A stretch of 64,000 bases of DNA, from the NCBI RefSeq assembly GCF_008831285.2, contig NC_045138.2, forward strand, positions 5,394,001 through 5,458,000. The letters run 5' to 3'. Source of the stretch: Nymphaea colorata (taxonomy: Eukaryota). Made by a program: the position numbers and the translations under genes. Positions 47,245 through 60,746 of this stretch are shown here, piece by piece. Positions within the stretch are counted from its first letter, which is position 1. Each line of letters opens with the position of its first letter. The notes under the pieces are model-generated. The model saw only the letters and a program-made list of their open reading frames with translations, was not told the DNA's origin and made no database searches.

Positions 47245-47569
47245 ATCTTTGTTGCACAAATAATAAATGTCAAACTAACCAAGAAAACCCCACCATCAGT
47301 CAATGAGGGAAGAAATTGTTGAATATGTAATAGGAAAGATGGTAACAATACCCTTGATAAATTTCAATGAAAACATTAGGGGCTTTAATATTGGGTTGTA
47401 AGCTACCAAGCATGACTTCAATATTAGATGTATTATTGATTTTGGCTTCGTTGAAGTCGATGAAAAGCTTAAGTCTAAGACTTAGGAAGAAAGGTAGAAA
47501 GAAAAGGACATTTGAAGCAAAGAAAAAAATTTAAAGCATAAAAAAAGAGATTAGCAAAAGGGTTATGAA

Positions 47570-49340
47570 GAAATGGAGAGAGAGAGAGAGAGAGGAAGAA
47601 AAAACAGGGAACTAATGAGAAATAGAGAGAGAGAGATACGGAGAAAATAATTAGTAAGATTAAAAGAAAAATTAAAAGGGGGAAATAAAGGTTTTAAGTG
47701 AAAGTAAATAAATAGAAAGAAAAACTTGTAAGAGGAAACAAGTTTTAAGAGAAAAATTAAAGAGATAAAGAAAAATTTTAAGAGAGAAAACAAATAAAGA
47801 GAAAAAAATTAATAAAAGAGCAAGAGATTTTTATAGAAAATTTAAGAGATAAAGAAAAATTTTAAGAGAGAGAAAAAATAAAGAGCAAAAAATTAATAAA
47901 AGAGCAAGGGATTTTATAGAAAATTAAAAAGAAAAGCAAAGATTTTAAGAGAAAGGGATAAATAAAAAGTGAAAAAGAGATTTTAAGACAAAAATTAAAG
48001 GGAAAAACAGAGAATTCAAAAGAGAAAAAAATAAAGAGAGGAAATTAGTAAAGAGCTATATCTTAAGAAAAAAAATAAAGTTAGAAATAAAGTTTTTAAG
48101 ACAGAGAAAGAAATAAAGATAGACAAATTATAAAGGATCAAGTGATTTTAAGAGAAAAATTAGAGATAAAGATTTTAAGAGAGAGAAGGAAATGGAAGGA
48201 GAAAAATTAGTAAAGAGCAAGAGATTTAATCACAAAAATTAGATAAAGAGATAAAGATTTTAAGCGAGAGGATAAAATAAAGAGAAAAGTTTGTAAAAGA
48301 GTAAGAGATTTGAAGAAAAAATTAAAGAAAGAAAGACTTTAAGAGAGGGCAAGAAATAAAGAGATTTGAAGAAAAAATTCGGGGGAGAAATAAAGATTTC
48401 AATAAAGAAAAAATAAAAGAAAAAAATTAGCAAAAGAACAAGATATTTTAAGAAAAAATTTAAAGAGAGAAATAAAAATTTGAAGATAGGGAAAAATTAG
48501 TAAATGATAGAGAAAAATTAGTAAAAGGACAAGAAATTTTAAGAAAAAATTCGCGGGAGCAAAAATGTTTCACACTAGCCATTCCTGGACGGAACCCACC
48601 TTCTTTTCTTAATAGAGTTGTTTTCACTAGCCATTCAGTCGGAATGGAAGAGATCAACTTTCTTTCTGGACACAGGATCAGGAGTTTTTTGAGAAAAGGT
48701 CTCATCCTTCCAACTCATGATTGGGTCGACCTGTAGTCTCTTTTAGTAGACTACACTTGATGGCCAGATCATGAGTGATCATTAGTACTGTACAAACCAA
48801 TGTCATGAGTGCTGACCATACCAAAATCCATCCAAATTGATTGATGGTCAGCACTAATGGCATCTCATTGCAATTTGTGATATGGTCAGCAATTTATGGG
48901 AAAGAAAGAAGTAGAGAGAAAACAATTAGTAAAAAAGCAAGAGATTTGAAGAGAAAAATGAGATAGAGGAACATAGATTTGAAGAAATAAAGAGTGAAAA
49001 ATTAGTAAAAGAGCAAGAGATTTTAAGAGAAAAATATAAGAGATAAACCAAGATTTTAAGAGAGAGAAAGAAATAGAGAGAGACAAATTAGTAAAAGAGT
49101 AAGATATTTTAAGAGAAAAACATAAAAAGAGAAATAAAGATTTTAAGAGCGAGAATAATTAGTAGATACCCAAAGATTTTAAGAGAAAAATTAGAGAAGG
49201 AGAAAAAGTTTCTAAGAGAGAAACAAATAGAAAGAGAAAAATTAGTAAAAGAGCAAGAAATTTCAAGAGAAGAAAGTAATAGATAGAAAAAAATAGCAAA
49301 AGTGCAAGATATTTTAAGAGAAATGAGAGATGAGAGAGAG
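47570..49340. repeat. A/G-rich degenerate tandem repeat, interrupted at ~48565-48895
   Basis: Many copies of aaaaattagtaaaagagcaagagattttaagagaaaaatt-like motifs, almost C-free on the + strand. Confidence 0.8.
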
Positions 49341-49867
49341 AGAGAAAGAGAAAGATATTTAAAAGCAGGCAGAATTCAAGGCCTAGTTGGACTTGGCCTT
49401 ACCCCTTCAGGACCCACCCTTTTATTTAATTTGGTCTGTCCTGGGAATGAATACGTGACCCAAGGCCCGATGTCCATCCTTAATTTTAGCTAGGTGACCT
49501 GAAATTCTTAAATCTTTGTTTGAAATTTTTGAGTCTCTAGAGATGCTTAATATTGATTCAGGTTGAACCTTACTGCTTTATGTAAGAGATTGTGGCCAAC
49601 TTAGTTCAATGAGATCCAACTAGAGAAAGAGAGAGAGGGAAGGGGGGGGGGGGGGGCACATTTAATTGTTTTATAAAATTCTCTTGTGAAATTTAATTCA
49701 TTACTAAAGCTCAAAGAATGAAGTAAAGCATTATTTTAGTGGTGAAATTGGAGCATAACAACGGATTAAAGGGTTTGCTCGAAACCATCTTGTAAGGCAT
49801 GCGAATGATATTGATAATATATCAAAGCGATTGCTTTTTCAACAATCTCTACACCAAAATTGATAAA

Positions 49868-50160
49868 CGGCGGAAACCATGTCCTTCACTAGAGTGCATA
49901 ATTTTATCGTCAGTATTAGTAATGCTTACCTAGCTGCATCACTTAGGCTGTATTTGTTTGTTTAGGATCTTAGATCCATGGTTGACTTAGATCATCAGAT
50001 TTAAATTCTGGATTTTAAGATCTGTCTCCGTTTAGATGAAGATGAAGGGAAGGGGAGAGAAAGGAATAAAATAGAAAGCATAATTGTGTTGGGAATGACT
50101 AATTAAAGAAAAGAAAGAGGAAAGAAAACTGAAAAAATATGTTTGGGTGCGAAGGAAAGG

Positions 50161-50202
<42 letters not shown>

Positions 50203-50285
50203 TATTGACTAGGTAATCCATCAAAAAAATGGAGGGATTGCAAAGGAAAAAACATGACATTCCTTTACTTTTCCATACTTATACA
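49868..50285. repeat. Dispersed duplicate of 17421-17800
   Basis: The block cggcggaaaccatgtccttca...ttgcaaggaaaaaa..tgacatt is shared. Confidence 0.8.
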
Positions 50286-50400
50286 TATATATATTTGTAC
50301 ATTAAGTACATAATGTATTCATGTACTATATGTGAACATATATATGTTCATTATATGCATGTATATGTATATATAAAGTACATTATGTACATTATATGTG

Positions 50401-50460
<60 letters not shown>

Positions 50461-53355
50461 TATATGTGAACATTATATACATGTATATACATATAAGTAT
50501 ATACGTTATACATATTATTATTTGTGTTACACATATATTGAGTTACCATATTTCAGTGTCAAGCCGATTAGTTCCTCGTTCCAACGTGCTACTATTTAAC
50601 TTGAAGCCTTATTAATAATTGGCTGCAAAAGGTCTACAGCTAAAACGTCAGAAATACAAAGACTGCACTTAGAATCACAGTTAAAGGAATTTTTTTTTAA
50701 TGACTTTTTTTATTCTTTGCGAAGATTCGCTAGAGTTGCCTTCCATCTTTTACAAGTTAAATATGTACGTTCTACCAATTGTGGACCGAAGCATCTAATA
50801 AAGTGTGGCCGACCACAGGATTGAACAAAACCGAACGTCGTTAGGAAATGGCTTTCAGTCTGATAGTTGTTTTTGACTTCTGTAAAGGCACGGCGGGTGG
50901 ATCGGCTCCTTTCAATCTGACATGTTCTTAGTTCGAATCATGAAAGGTACCGCCTGATGGTATTGAGGACTGTCGATCTTAAAATTGTGGGTGTCATTAT
51001 GGATGTCAAGTGAAGTTGTTTTTGTCTCATCTATCTCTCTCTCTCTCCCCTGTTTTCATCCTTTCCTCTCTGATGAAGAGGAGGATCCAATGGGTCATGT
51101 CAACTCGAGCTCGACCAAAACTAGTCCGGCTAAACTCACATCAAGCTCGGTTCCTTACTTAAATAAACGAGCTGAGAACGAAGTTTTGAAATAAACTCAC
51201 TTGGACTCGAACTTGAGTTTCACTCTTAGCTAGGCACATTTAGCTAGGCATTCTAATTCAAATCTTACTTGTCTCCGATCAAGCAATTAATTTAATATCC
51301 AATTACGTGAATATGGTAGTAGCTGTATCAAATAAATCATTTAGCGTTCCTGGTGCTTCGTTCCTAGTGCTAGGACTACTAGTTTTGAACATTGCCACAA
51401 ATATCGTTTTCAGATATAAAACGATGAGGGTTTTCTTGGACATAATATAATAAAGCTGTTTTTCTTAGGAAAATGTAGCTAACTTTACAAAAAATTAAAA
51501 AAACTAAAAAATGGGAAAAATAAAAGTTTTATAACTAAAAAATGTAAAAAAGATGAAAAAATGAAAATATCCCAAATCCGTTAATGTTTTTATTGGTTTT
51601 CACCCCTCTTCTCTATCATATCTCATTTATCTCTCGTCGAGTATGCAGATGGCGGTCTCTGTTTCAGGCTGCCAACTCATCTTTTTGGCTGGGTGCAAGT
51701 GCTACTATTGGCTGGGTTTGGTTTGCATGCCATTAGTTTGTCTTTATCTTCAATGAACACTAATGACATTGGTTGATAGTCAGCACTAATGTCATCTCAT
51801 TGCAACCTTTCCTTTTCATTAATGAGACCGAAGGTCACTAGGTCAGACAAATCTTGAAAAGTGCTCACCCTGACCATGATAATGGAAAGGAAATGTTGTC
51901 ATTGTATGTCTTTAGAAGAAGGAGAAATTGTAATTGTATGCCATTGGCATTCCAACCAATAATCAAGCATGGAGTGACAAAGGAAAAAATGGGGATGATC
52001 TGCTTACCTTCAAGCTTGATGACACCACTTTCAGTCATTTCCTTGTAAATATAATTTCCCTGAAATTGTGGAGTAAAAAATTATAAGACATTAAGAGGTC
52101 ATTTGATTGTTGTCCACTGGGACAAGACAGACAGGACGTCCTGTCCATTACACCTATGTCCTGTCCTCATGGACAATGGTGTTCCTTGTCCACCGTTTGA
52201 TGATTTTAGGAATAGAACACTATATTCTTCTTGTCCAGTGTATGTTTCGTGTGTGTCTGTTTTGTCTGTTATGTTCGTCTTGTTTGACGTTTGTTTTTGT
52301 CTTGTCCGATCTATCTGTTCTGTTCGATGTTTAATCTTGTCTGACGTTTATACTGAAAGAAACCTTCAATTTCAATATCTCTTGTATTTATTTCCAGAAA
52401 ATATTTTATTTACAAGTGCAACTTCATTAGCAATAAATAAGAAAAAACAAAAAACTAAGAAGCCTTTTATCAAGAAGCAATACAAAACACCAGTGAACAA
52501 AGGGAGAAGCATTCACATCACATTGGAAGGAACATGCTCAAATAATGTAAGAGTGTGCGCCCTTCACCTCGGTTTTGAAAGTATTTCAAATGAACTCTTC
52601 TTGTAAGGAGTAAAAGCATACATTTAATGAAATACACAAAAACCAGTTCAGAATGTCACAACCAAAGTTGTGACAAAGCTTTTATGAAAAACTGGAAGAA
52701 CAATTGACACTTTCACAAGAAGAATGTGATGGAAAGAAAGAGATTTGGCCAGTTCAAGCAGACATAAAATGAATCATTCTTCCATAATGCTATAGTACAA
52801 AAACGGACATCTCACAATTTTCCCTATCAATGTTAACAAGTATTAACAAGTATCGAGCAATTACAAAAGTATCTGATAGATGAAGCAGGGATTATTACAT
52901 CGAATGTAAAAGCAAAGTACAACGTTGACATATTCGCATGTATCACAGCATTGTAGACAACAATGAGGAAGACACCATCGTCAACTTGCTTCCAATGGTA
53001 ACAGAGAGGCACCTAACCACCATCCAAAGGATCATGTCAGGGCAGAATCATGCCCAGGCAACGCCTTCACCACCACTGATGAACCAAAACACCATGGTTT
53101 CGTACAAATTGTTTAAAATATTTAATTGTTGTAAGCCATAAAACAAAAACAACTATGACAACTTGCTAAATAACTAGTCTTTTGTCCTGCACACTACTCT
53201 TCTCGTCGAGGTCATGCAATACTTGAAAAGATGCATCACCGTCTGGTTCCTACATTTTAGAAATTAAAAAGACAAACAAATAATTAGGTTATCACCATAA
53301 AGTATTAAAATAATCAAATATAATTAAAACAATGACATATAATATAATGAGAATG

Positions 53356-54682
53356 TTACACAATCAATATCTTACTTGAAACATAGTCATTCCACATTGT
53401 TGAAGTAATATGCTCACAAAGTTCATTGTTGCTACCATGTATTTACGTTTGTTCAGTACTTTCATCATCATTTATAATTTCACTTACTTCACTAACATTT
53501 ATATCATGAGAGGGAAATTGTTCAGCATTTGGATTGTGGTTGATTATAAAATTATGAAGAACACATGTTACTTGTACAACTTTAACTTGAGTGGATATTG
53601 GATATGACACATGATTCTTCAAAATCGAAAACATTGCCTTAAGCAAACCAAACACTCTCACCATAGTAGTGCGCAAAGATGAATGTCTATAGTTGTACAA
53701 TTCTTCTTTTGTCTCAATTTGCCTAGATCCAGACACATTAAACTCTGATAGATGGTACTGACATCTTCTATATGGAGTTAATAATCAGACAATATTTGGG
53801 TATCCAGCATCAGCAAGATAATATTTACTTATTTCATAACCAACAATATGTGTTTTGTCGGTCAAACAATTAAATTAATGATAGTAAATTTAAATCATGA
53901 ATCTTTATTTTCTTACCATGTGGAATTTCTAATGGATGAAGATTATCTTCCAGTGCACTATAAAATACTCTTGCATCAGTTGCATTTCCTTCCCAACCGG
54001 CTAGTATGTAGTGAAACCGCATATCGAATCTCACCACTACTAAAACATTTTGAGATAAGAACTTTTTTCTATTTCGCCAACGATACTGGAATGTGTGTAC
54101 CATCAATTGCTCCCAAACAATCATGTTGATATGTAATATGTGTTTGTATTCTAAATGTTTTACCATAAATAAAAATGTTGACTATATCTATTATGGATTA
54201 TAGTTGTTTACCTTAAAATATGAAAAGAAACGTGGATCTCCTCTAACGCGAGCTGGTGTAGTATCATCTCCATGTCCCACGTATTCATGTGCAATACGAA
54301 GAATTGCTTTCAAAACTAAGTTGAAGTACTTACTAATTGTTTGTCCTGAGTGCTAAAAATCATATTGGGTTTGTTGATTTCGTTGATTATGTCCCAAAGT
54401 AACGAGAAACATCGCTACTTATTCTTCAATTGTGATTTCTCTTGCATCACACAATAACTATCTACTTTTTAGCAAATTGCATAATAATTCATATGTTCGT
54501 TGATCTACCCCTAATAGATCTAAACAATTTCTTGGGTGTCCGTGCTTACAGTCATGCACAAATTGGGCTCTTGCTAGTCGATTAGTATGTACTAAATTTC
54601 TAGTAGGTCTACTTTGACCTTTCAAGCATTTCATCATCAACCACATAATAAGAATAATGATAACTATGGATATTTCATCCAT
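53356..54682 (-). pseudogene. Harbinger DDE transposase pseudogene (left arm)
   Basis: CLGAIDGTHI, AGWEGNATDAR, YYLADAGYP and NYRHSSLRTTMVRVFGLLK, with two introns, stops and deletions. Confidence 0.85.
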
Positions 54683-54907
54683 CCTGATAATAAATACACA
54701 AATTTCATGAGAATAAACACTATTTAATTGCAAACAATAATAAAATAAAAAATAATTGTAAGGATGAGTTCATAGCAATTTACTATATACTGCAAATTAT
54801 AAACAATTAAAAACATAAAAAATACACTATTATGAATGATTATTATATATCACAAATTACAAACAATTACACACATCAAAAGTAATGCATAATTACAAAC
54901 CTGTCCT

Positions 54908-55545
54908 TTAACCAATCTGCATGTGCAACCAAGTAACCTGCAACTCACGTGGCATCATAAGAAAAGCGTTTGCTTTATCAAAATTAGAAAGTAAATCAAC
55001 TGATCTAAAAAACAAGTGATTATCTAATTCCCCTTTTGTACGCATATCTCTTAAAATTGCTCCACTCTTCTACAAAATAGCTCTAGGTTGGGTTTCTACA
55101 AGTTGCAGTATGTACTCACCAATGGTTTCAAAAATATCATCATTCATGATTGTGAAAGTTCTCGCTCTTTTGTTTCCCCTCATGTTGTTAGAGGTTTCTC
55201 CCTGAGTATGAGTATTGCTATCAATTGGTGAATATACTCTTTCCACACGTTATCATCCACTTGTATAATTTTTTTATCTGGGTCCCACCCAAATCTTGAA
55301 GCAGTAAGCATCTCTTTCATTACTTGCAAGTCAGGTTTTGTTCTTTTCGACTTGTTTCAAATTTTCTCTAATATAAACATTGGTCCATATGCTTCCATCA
55401 TTTTTTGTTCAACCACCTTCATAGCTGTTTCTTTTAATCCACCTGATGTTTGCATTCCTAGAATCTTAGCTTGCTCCAACATCATGTCAAATAAAAACTG
55501 CACTTGACCTTCATCCCACTGTAGTTTGTCATGGTGGTTACTCAT
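54908..55545 (-). pseudogene. Harbinger Myb/SANT-like DNA-binding protein pseudogene (left arm)
   Basis: LQWDEGQVQFLFDMMLEQ...EKI*NK...FGWDPDKKIIQVDDNVWKEY, with an internal deletion relative to the right arm. Confidence 0.8.
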
Positions 55546-56376
55546 CTTAGTTTAACAAATAGAAGTACAAGAAAATCAAGCAATTTAGTTACATGAAATA
55601 AGTTAAACAATTGACTGCTTGTGCAAATAAACAAATATACATTAATAATATGAAAAGCGAATTGTAAACGTAAATCCTTGGTATGCTTAGGTGGCATTAA
55701 ATTTATATATGCAAGGACTATAGTTGAGATGAATTTCTGTTAAAGTCTTTCAAGCCAGAAGTCATTGAATGGCCACATGAAGCCAAGACCAGCAATTAAG
55801 AATTAATTTAGGATTACTTACCATCATAGTTCTCCTATGAAGATTCAACAATATGTTGAGCACCCATTTTCCCAAGTTGGATTACTTACTGCGTTCATTA
55901 TCAGACCAAGCTTTACGCCAAGACTAGCAATTAAGAATTAATGTAAGACGATAGCTAAGAATTCATCAACTAACTTTTAAACGTCATATGCTGTGAAGGA
56001 AACAAAATGGGATAAATAGGCTCGATTCAACTTGATTTTGAAAACTAGATCAGACTTTTGGGTGAGTATGACGTTAAGAACCCACTGCGTGAGGATATCA
56101 TAAAACCTGATACTACATTTGCTTACTATAAACAATAGGTAACTCAGACATATTTAGATGCAGATCTGAATACTATGGGTAAGGCCACCCAAGAAGGCTA
56201 ACATTGTAGATTTTTCTTTTTAATTTCCACTTAAATGCCATCAAACAAAACAAACAAACAAATATATATAATTGTAGGTTCTTGTCACTGTCACTTGAAT
56301 TTTGTGTAGTTGAGGGTACCGATAATCCAACATCTCATGAATTTTCCTTCTTGATTTCAAACTTAAAAAAGGGACT

Positions 56377-56437
<61 letters not shown>

Positions 56438-59400
56438 ACTAACTATATATATATATATTGTACTAACTTTGTGGATCACATTGCCCCTCCACAAGATCCA
56501 TGTATGTCCCCTAGTTTCCAGTTATTGTAGGCAATTTTTACGAGTGTACTGGTGCTTCAAGAGAAAGAATGAATGAACTGTTACCAATCTTATACATAAT
56601 GTGTGATTATATTTGGTTAACTGTTATTTCAGTCTTTAATGTTTCAGTCTTTATTTCTAATAGCTTCACATATATGGTTTTTATCATCCTCAAACAAAAA
56701 AAAAATAGATCCTTGGCTTGGACAGTCATCCAAATAGACAAACCAGGTCTTAAAACATAGTTTAGAAAACAAAATCAGGTTTTAAGGGGTTGTCATCAAA
56801 CCCCTCAGGTTTCTCTTGGGATTTTATATTTTGTCGTGGCCACTGTTTTGACTGATTGCATCTATTTCAGTTGGATAATTGCAGACTATGGGACAAACTG
56901 TGCTTTAAAACCTCAGGTAAGTAAATAGCAGCAGTTGAAGCAAGAAAGCAGAAAGCCCAAAAATTTTCAGGGTGTCGTGATAAATGGTCAACAAAAATAA
57001 ACCAAGTTCATCTTCTCTAGTTGAATCTAATCATAGGGACGTGCAGAAATGAAAAACTCATTGGGGCCAGAGAGATGCCAGCTCTTTTAAGTCGATCCTG
57101 AGTGCATAATAGACTGTCAAGAGCCAAATAAAGAACCCATTTGGCTCTCATTGGGGCCAAATGACCCACTCTTCATGGTGTGGGGATGGCTGGTCATAGC
57201 CCTATCACTAGTTCAGCTTCTGGGACTACGAGGAGCACACCATTGAGGCCTGTGAGGGCATCTCCAAGTTCACAGAAGTATAGCACAACACCAAAAAAGG
57301 GTGAGGGTGATCTTCCTCCTCCGATGACACTGGAGCAGTTGGATTTATCAAAACAAAGAAGTTGATAAGATTGTCTTCCAACTTAGCTAGATAGAAAACA
57401 TGTGTAGTTTTTCTTCAATCAACCTAACCATGCAGATTCTACATGATTATTGTTTACTAATAATCAGATCTTCCAACATGCTTTTGGTGTAAGACATGAG
57501 CTTAAGAGCCATCCAGATTATGCTCATTATATATGAATTACAATTTGATGCTTGGTGAGATTAACTTTCACACATATGAGGTAAATTACAATTATGATGT
57601 GCTCCAAAGAGAGATATAAAAATTCTAAATTTCTGGAATTCTGATTCAGGAATGAATATACTGTAATTCAAGAATCAAAATTCTTTGTTTGATAACATAG
57701 TTCTCATTTCATAAAAATTGAGAATTTTAAATTCTACAATTCTACAATTTTGGTCTCATCGAAAGTGATTGGTTTGAAATGGAATGCTGAAAGAAAGCAA
57801 ACCTGTTTCTTGATGAGTTTGGTATCCGAAAAGCCACGGGCAGGGTCTGTATGAATGGTAGAGAACCTTTGTATTTTCACATTTCAAGATGTTGATCTTA
57901 AATTTTCAAGAAGGGAAGTGTTCTGGGTCCTTAACAACTATATGATGCGTGATGGCTCGTTGGACTTTCAATGTCCTCTCTACATCTAGATAATCTTTGG
58001 GATTCTTTAGGAGCTGGTAATCAGAGGACGCCAATTAATACTATTTATTATTGTAGACATCAGGCCTGATATATAGTGCTTGGAAGTTTGGTTGATCGTC
58101 ATTCAAAAAAAAAGAGGAAAGAAGGAATGACGACAAGTTCGAGACTATAGATTTGTAACTCCATATGCGTTGCTGTTCAGGCACTTCATCTTCTTTGAAC
58201 TTAACGAGTAACAACAGAGCGATTCAGGAAAAAAAAAAGCGGCAAATATGCAGTTCAGAAGGCAAAGCTTGAGTGTCATTCTTAGTTACAGCCCTGATTT
58301 ATATACAGATTCAGGAGATACATATCATAATTACAAAGGATCAATGAACACTAACCAAGCAGGTAATTGCTATGTACAAGAACCAATTCAAACAAGACAG
58401 ACAAAGAATGAAATATATTTATAAGAAGTACAGCACAACACCATATCAATTCATATCAGCAGGTCAATTTATATCATTTCATTGAAAGCAAACAAGTTCC
58501 AACTAACAAATTTAACAATAGAAGTATATCAATGTGAACCAACCGAACAAAAAAAATCTCAATAGTCATGAAACCCTGTCTGTTATAGATTTATTTTTGT
58601 TGTAAAAAAGAGGATGCCCTTACCTCGACGAGAAGCTACTGCTGGGCTGCAATGGAAGCTATGGCTGGTCTACTGGTGGCCTGCAAATGATAACCGGCAA
58701 TGGAAAAAGGGCAAGAAAAAGAAGTAAGCCTGTGGTTAGGGAATAGGAAAACAACAGAGAGAAAGAAAGAGAGAAGCAGCCTGCGCCTAACCTTGACAGA
58801 GATGCGGAAGAGTCGCTGCTGCGGAGAGCTGTCGTTCCTGCTAAGGAGAGGAGAAGAGGAAGCTGAGGAGATGTTGGGCTGAGAGGTTGCAGATTGCTTG
58901 ATTGGCAGGGCGAGGGGCAGATTCAATCCATTGCATGTTTGAAGGAGGCGAGAGGTTGAAGGAGGGTGAAGAAGCATGAGGGGCAAGGAAGACAAGAAGG
59001 GGCTACAGGGTGAGGGCTAGGGCAGCTTGGGCGGTGGAGGAGAAGGAGAGAAACATGGATAGGGCAGCTCGGGGGCATAGACGAGGGCAGAGATGGAGGA
59101 AAAAGTAAGGTCGGGGCGGAGAAGAGGAGAAAGGCAGGGGAGATGGAGGCGGAGGTGGAGGAGAAGGAGATGGGGGCAGAGGTCGAGGGCTCGGGGTTGG
59201 GGTCGGGGTCGTCGGGGGTGGGAGATGAAGTTTTTGTCCTGTCTGTTCTGAGGGTTAGCTCGGAACAGAATGAGACAGAAAAATTATTTATAGCCTCGTT
59301 CAGTCATTCGTCATGTCCAGCCTGTCCTGTGTCCAACGTTTGATGAAAAAATCAACTAAACAAGACATGTGTGTCCTGTTCTGCGAGTCTTGTGGCCATC

Positions 59401-59700
59401 ATACTTCATAGGAGAACTATGATGGTAAGTAATCCTAAATTAATTATTAATTGCTGGTCTTGGCTTCATGTGGCCATTCAATGACTTCTGGCTTGAATGA
59501 CTTTAACAGAAATTCATCTCAACTACAGTCCTTGCATATAGAAATTCAATGCCGCCTAAGCATATCAAGGATTTATGTTTAGCATTCGATTTTCATATTA
59601 TTACTATATATTTGTTTATTTGCACAAGCAGTCAATTGTTTAACTTATTTCATGTAACTAAATTGCTTGATTTTCTTGTACTTCTATTTGTTAAACTTAG

Positions 59701-60521
59701 ATAAGTAGCCAACATGACAAACTACAGTGGGATGAAGGTCAAGTGGAGTTTTTATTTGACATGATGTTGGAGCAAGCTAAGATTCCAGGAATACAAACAT
59801 CAGGTGAATTAAAAGAAACAGCTATGAAGGTGGTTGAAAAAAAATGATGGAAGCATATGGACCAATGTTTACATTAGAGAAAATTTGAAACAAGTTGAAA
59901 AGAGTAAAACCAGACTTACAAGTGATGAAAGAGATGCTTACTGCTTCAGGATTTGGGCGGGACGCAGATAAAAAAATTATACAAGCGGATGATAACGTGT
60001 GGAAAGAGTATACACAAATGTACCAAAATAGAAAAAAATATAAATTGCCAGCAACATGGAAATATTATGAGCATGTAATGATAATTTGAGGTTATTCTAC
60101 TGCATTGGGTGACAATAGGAGTGGCGTAGATAGGTCACTAGATGATATACAAATAAATGTGGATGAGCAAGATGAGAATGATTTTCAGTTACCTACTTCA
60201 CCAATGGATAGCAATACTCATACTCAGGGAGAAACCTCTAACAACATGAGGGGAAACAAAAGAGCGAGAACCTTCACAACCATGAATGATGATACTTTTA
60301 AAACCATTGGTGAGTACACACGGCAACTTGTGGAAACTCAACCTGCAGCTATTTTACAAAAGAATGGAGCAATTTTAAGAGATATGCATGCAAAAGGGGA
60401 ATTAGATAATCACTTGTTTTTCAGATTAGTTGATTTACTTTCTAATTTTGATAAAGCAAATGTTTTTCTTATGATGCCAGGTGAGTTGCAGGTTACTTGG
60501 TTGCGCATGAAGATTGGTTAG
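59701..60521 (+). pseudogene. Harbinger Myb/SANT-like protein pseudogene (right arm)
   Basis: Same motifs as the left arm. The start ATG is mutated to ATA, and it has a frameshift and stops. Confidence 0.8.
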
Positions 60522-60746
60522 ACGACAGGTTTGTAATTATGCATTACTTTTGATGTGTGTAATTGTTTGTAATTTGTGATATATAATAATTGTTCATAAT
60601 AGTGTATTTTTGATGTTTTTAATTGTTTATAATTTGCAATATATAGTAAATTGCTATGAACTCATGCTTGCAATTATTTTTTATTTTATTATTGTTTGCA
60701 ATTAAATAGTGTTTATTCTCATGAAATTTGTGTATTTATTATCAAG

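Noticed and set aside
50229..50615. YI-repeat ORFs at (AT)n tracts (also 38542, 39273, 41206, 56282)
   Set aside because: Microsatellite translations.
52103..53141. ORFs mirrored in both Harbinger arms as a possible third cargo gene
   Set aside because: They lie in subterminal repeats or the 3' region, have no recognisable domain, and are conserved only through the duplication.
58622..58635. 14-mer acctcgacgagaag shared with ~62238 and, inverted, ~53199
   Set aside because: Too short, with no flanking similarity; plausibly chance.
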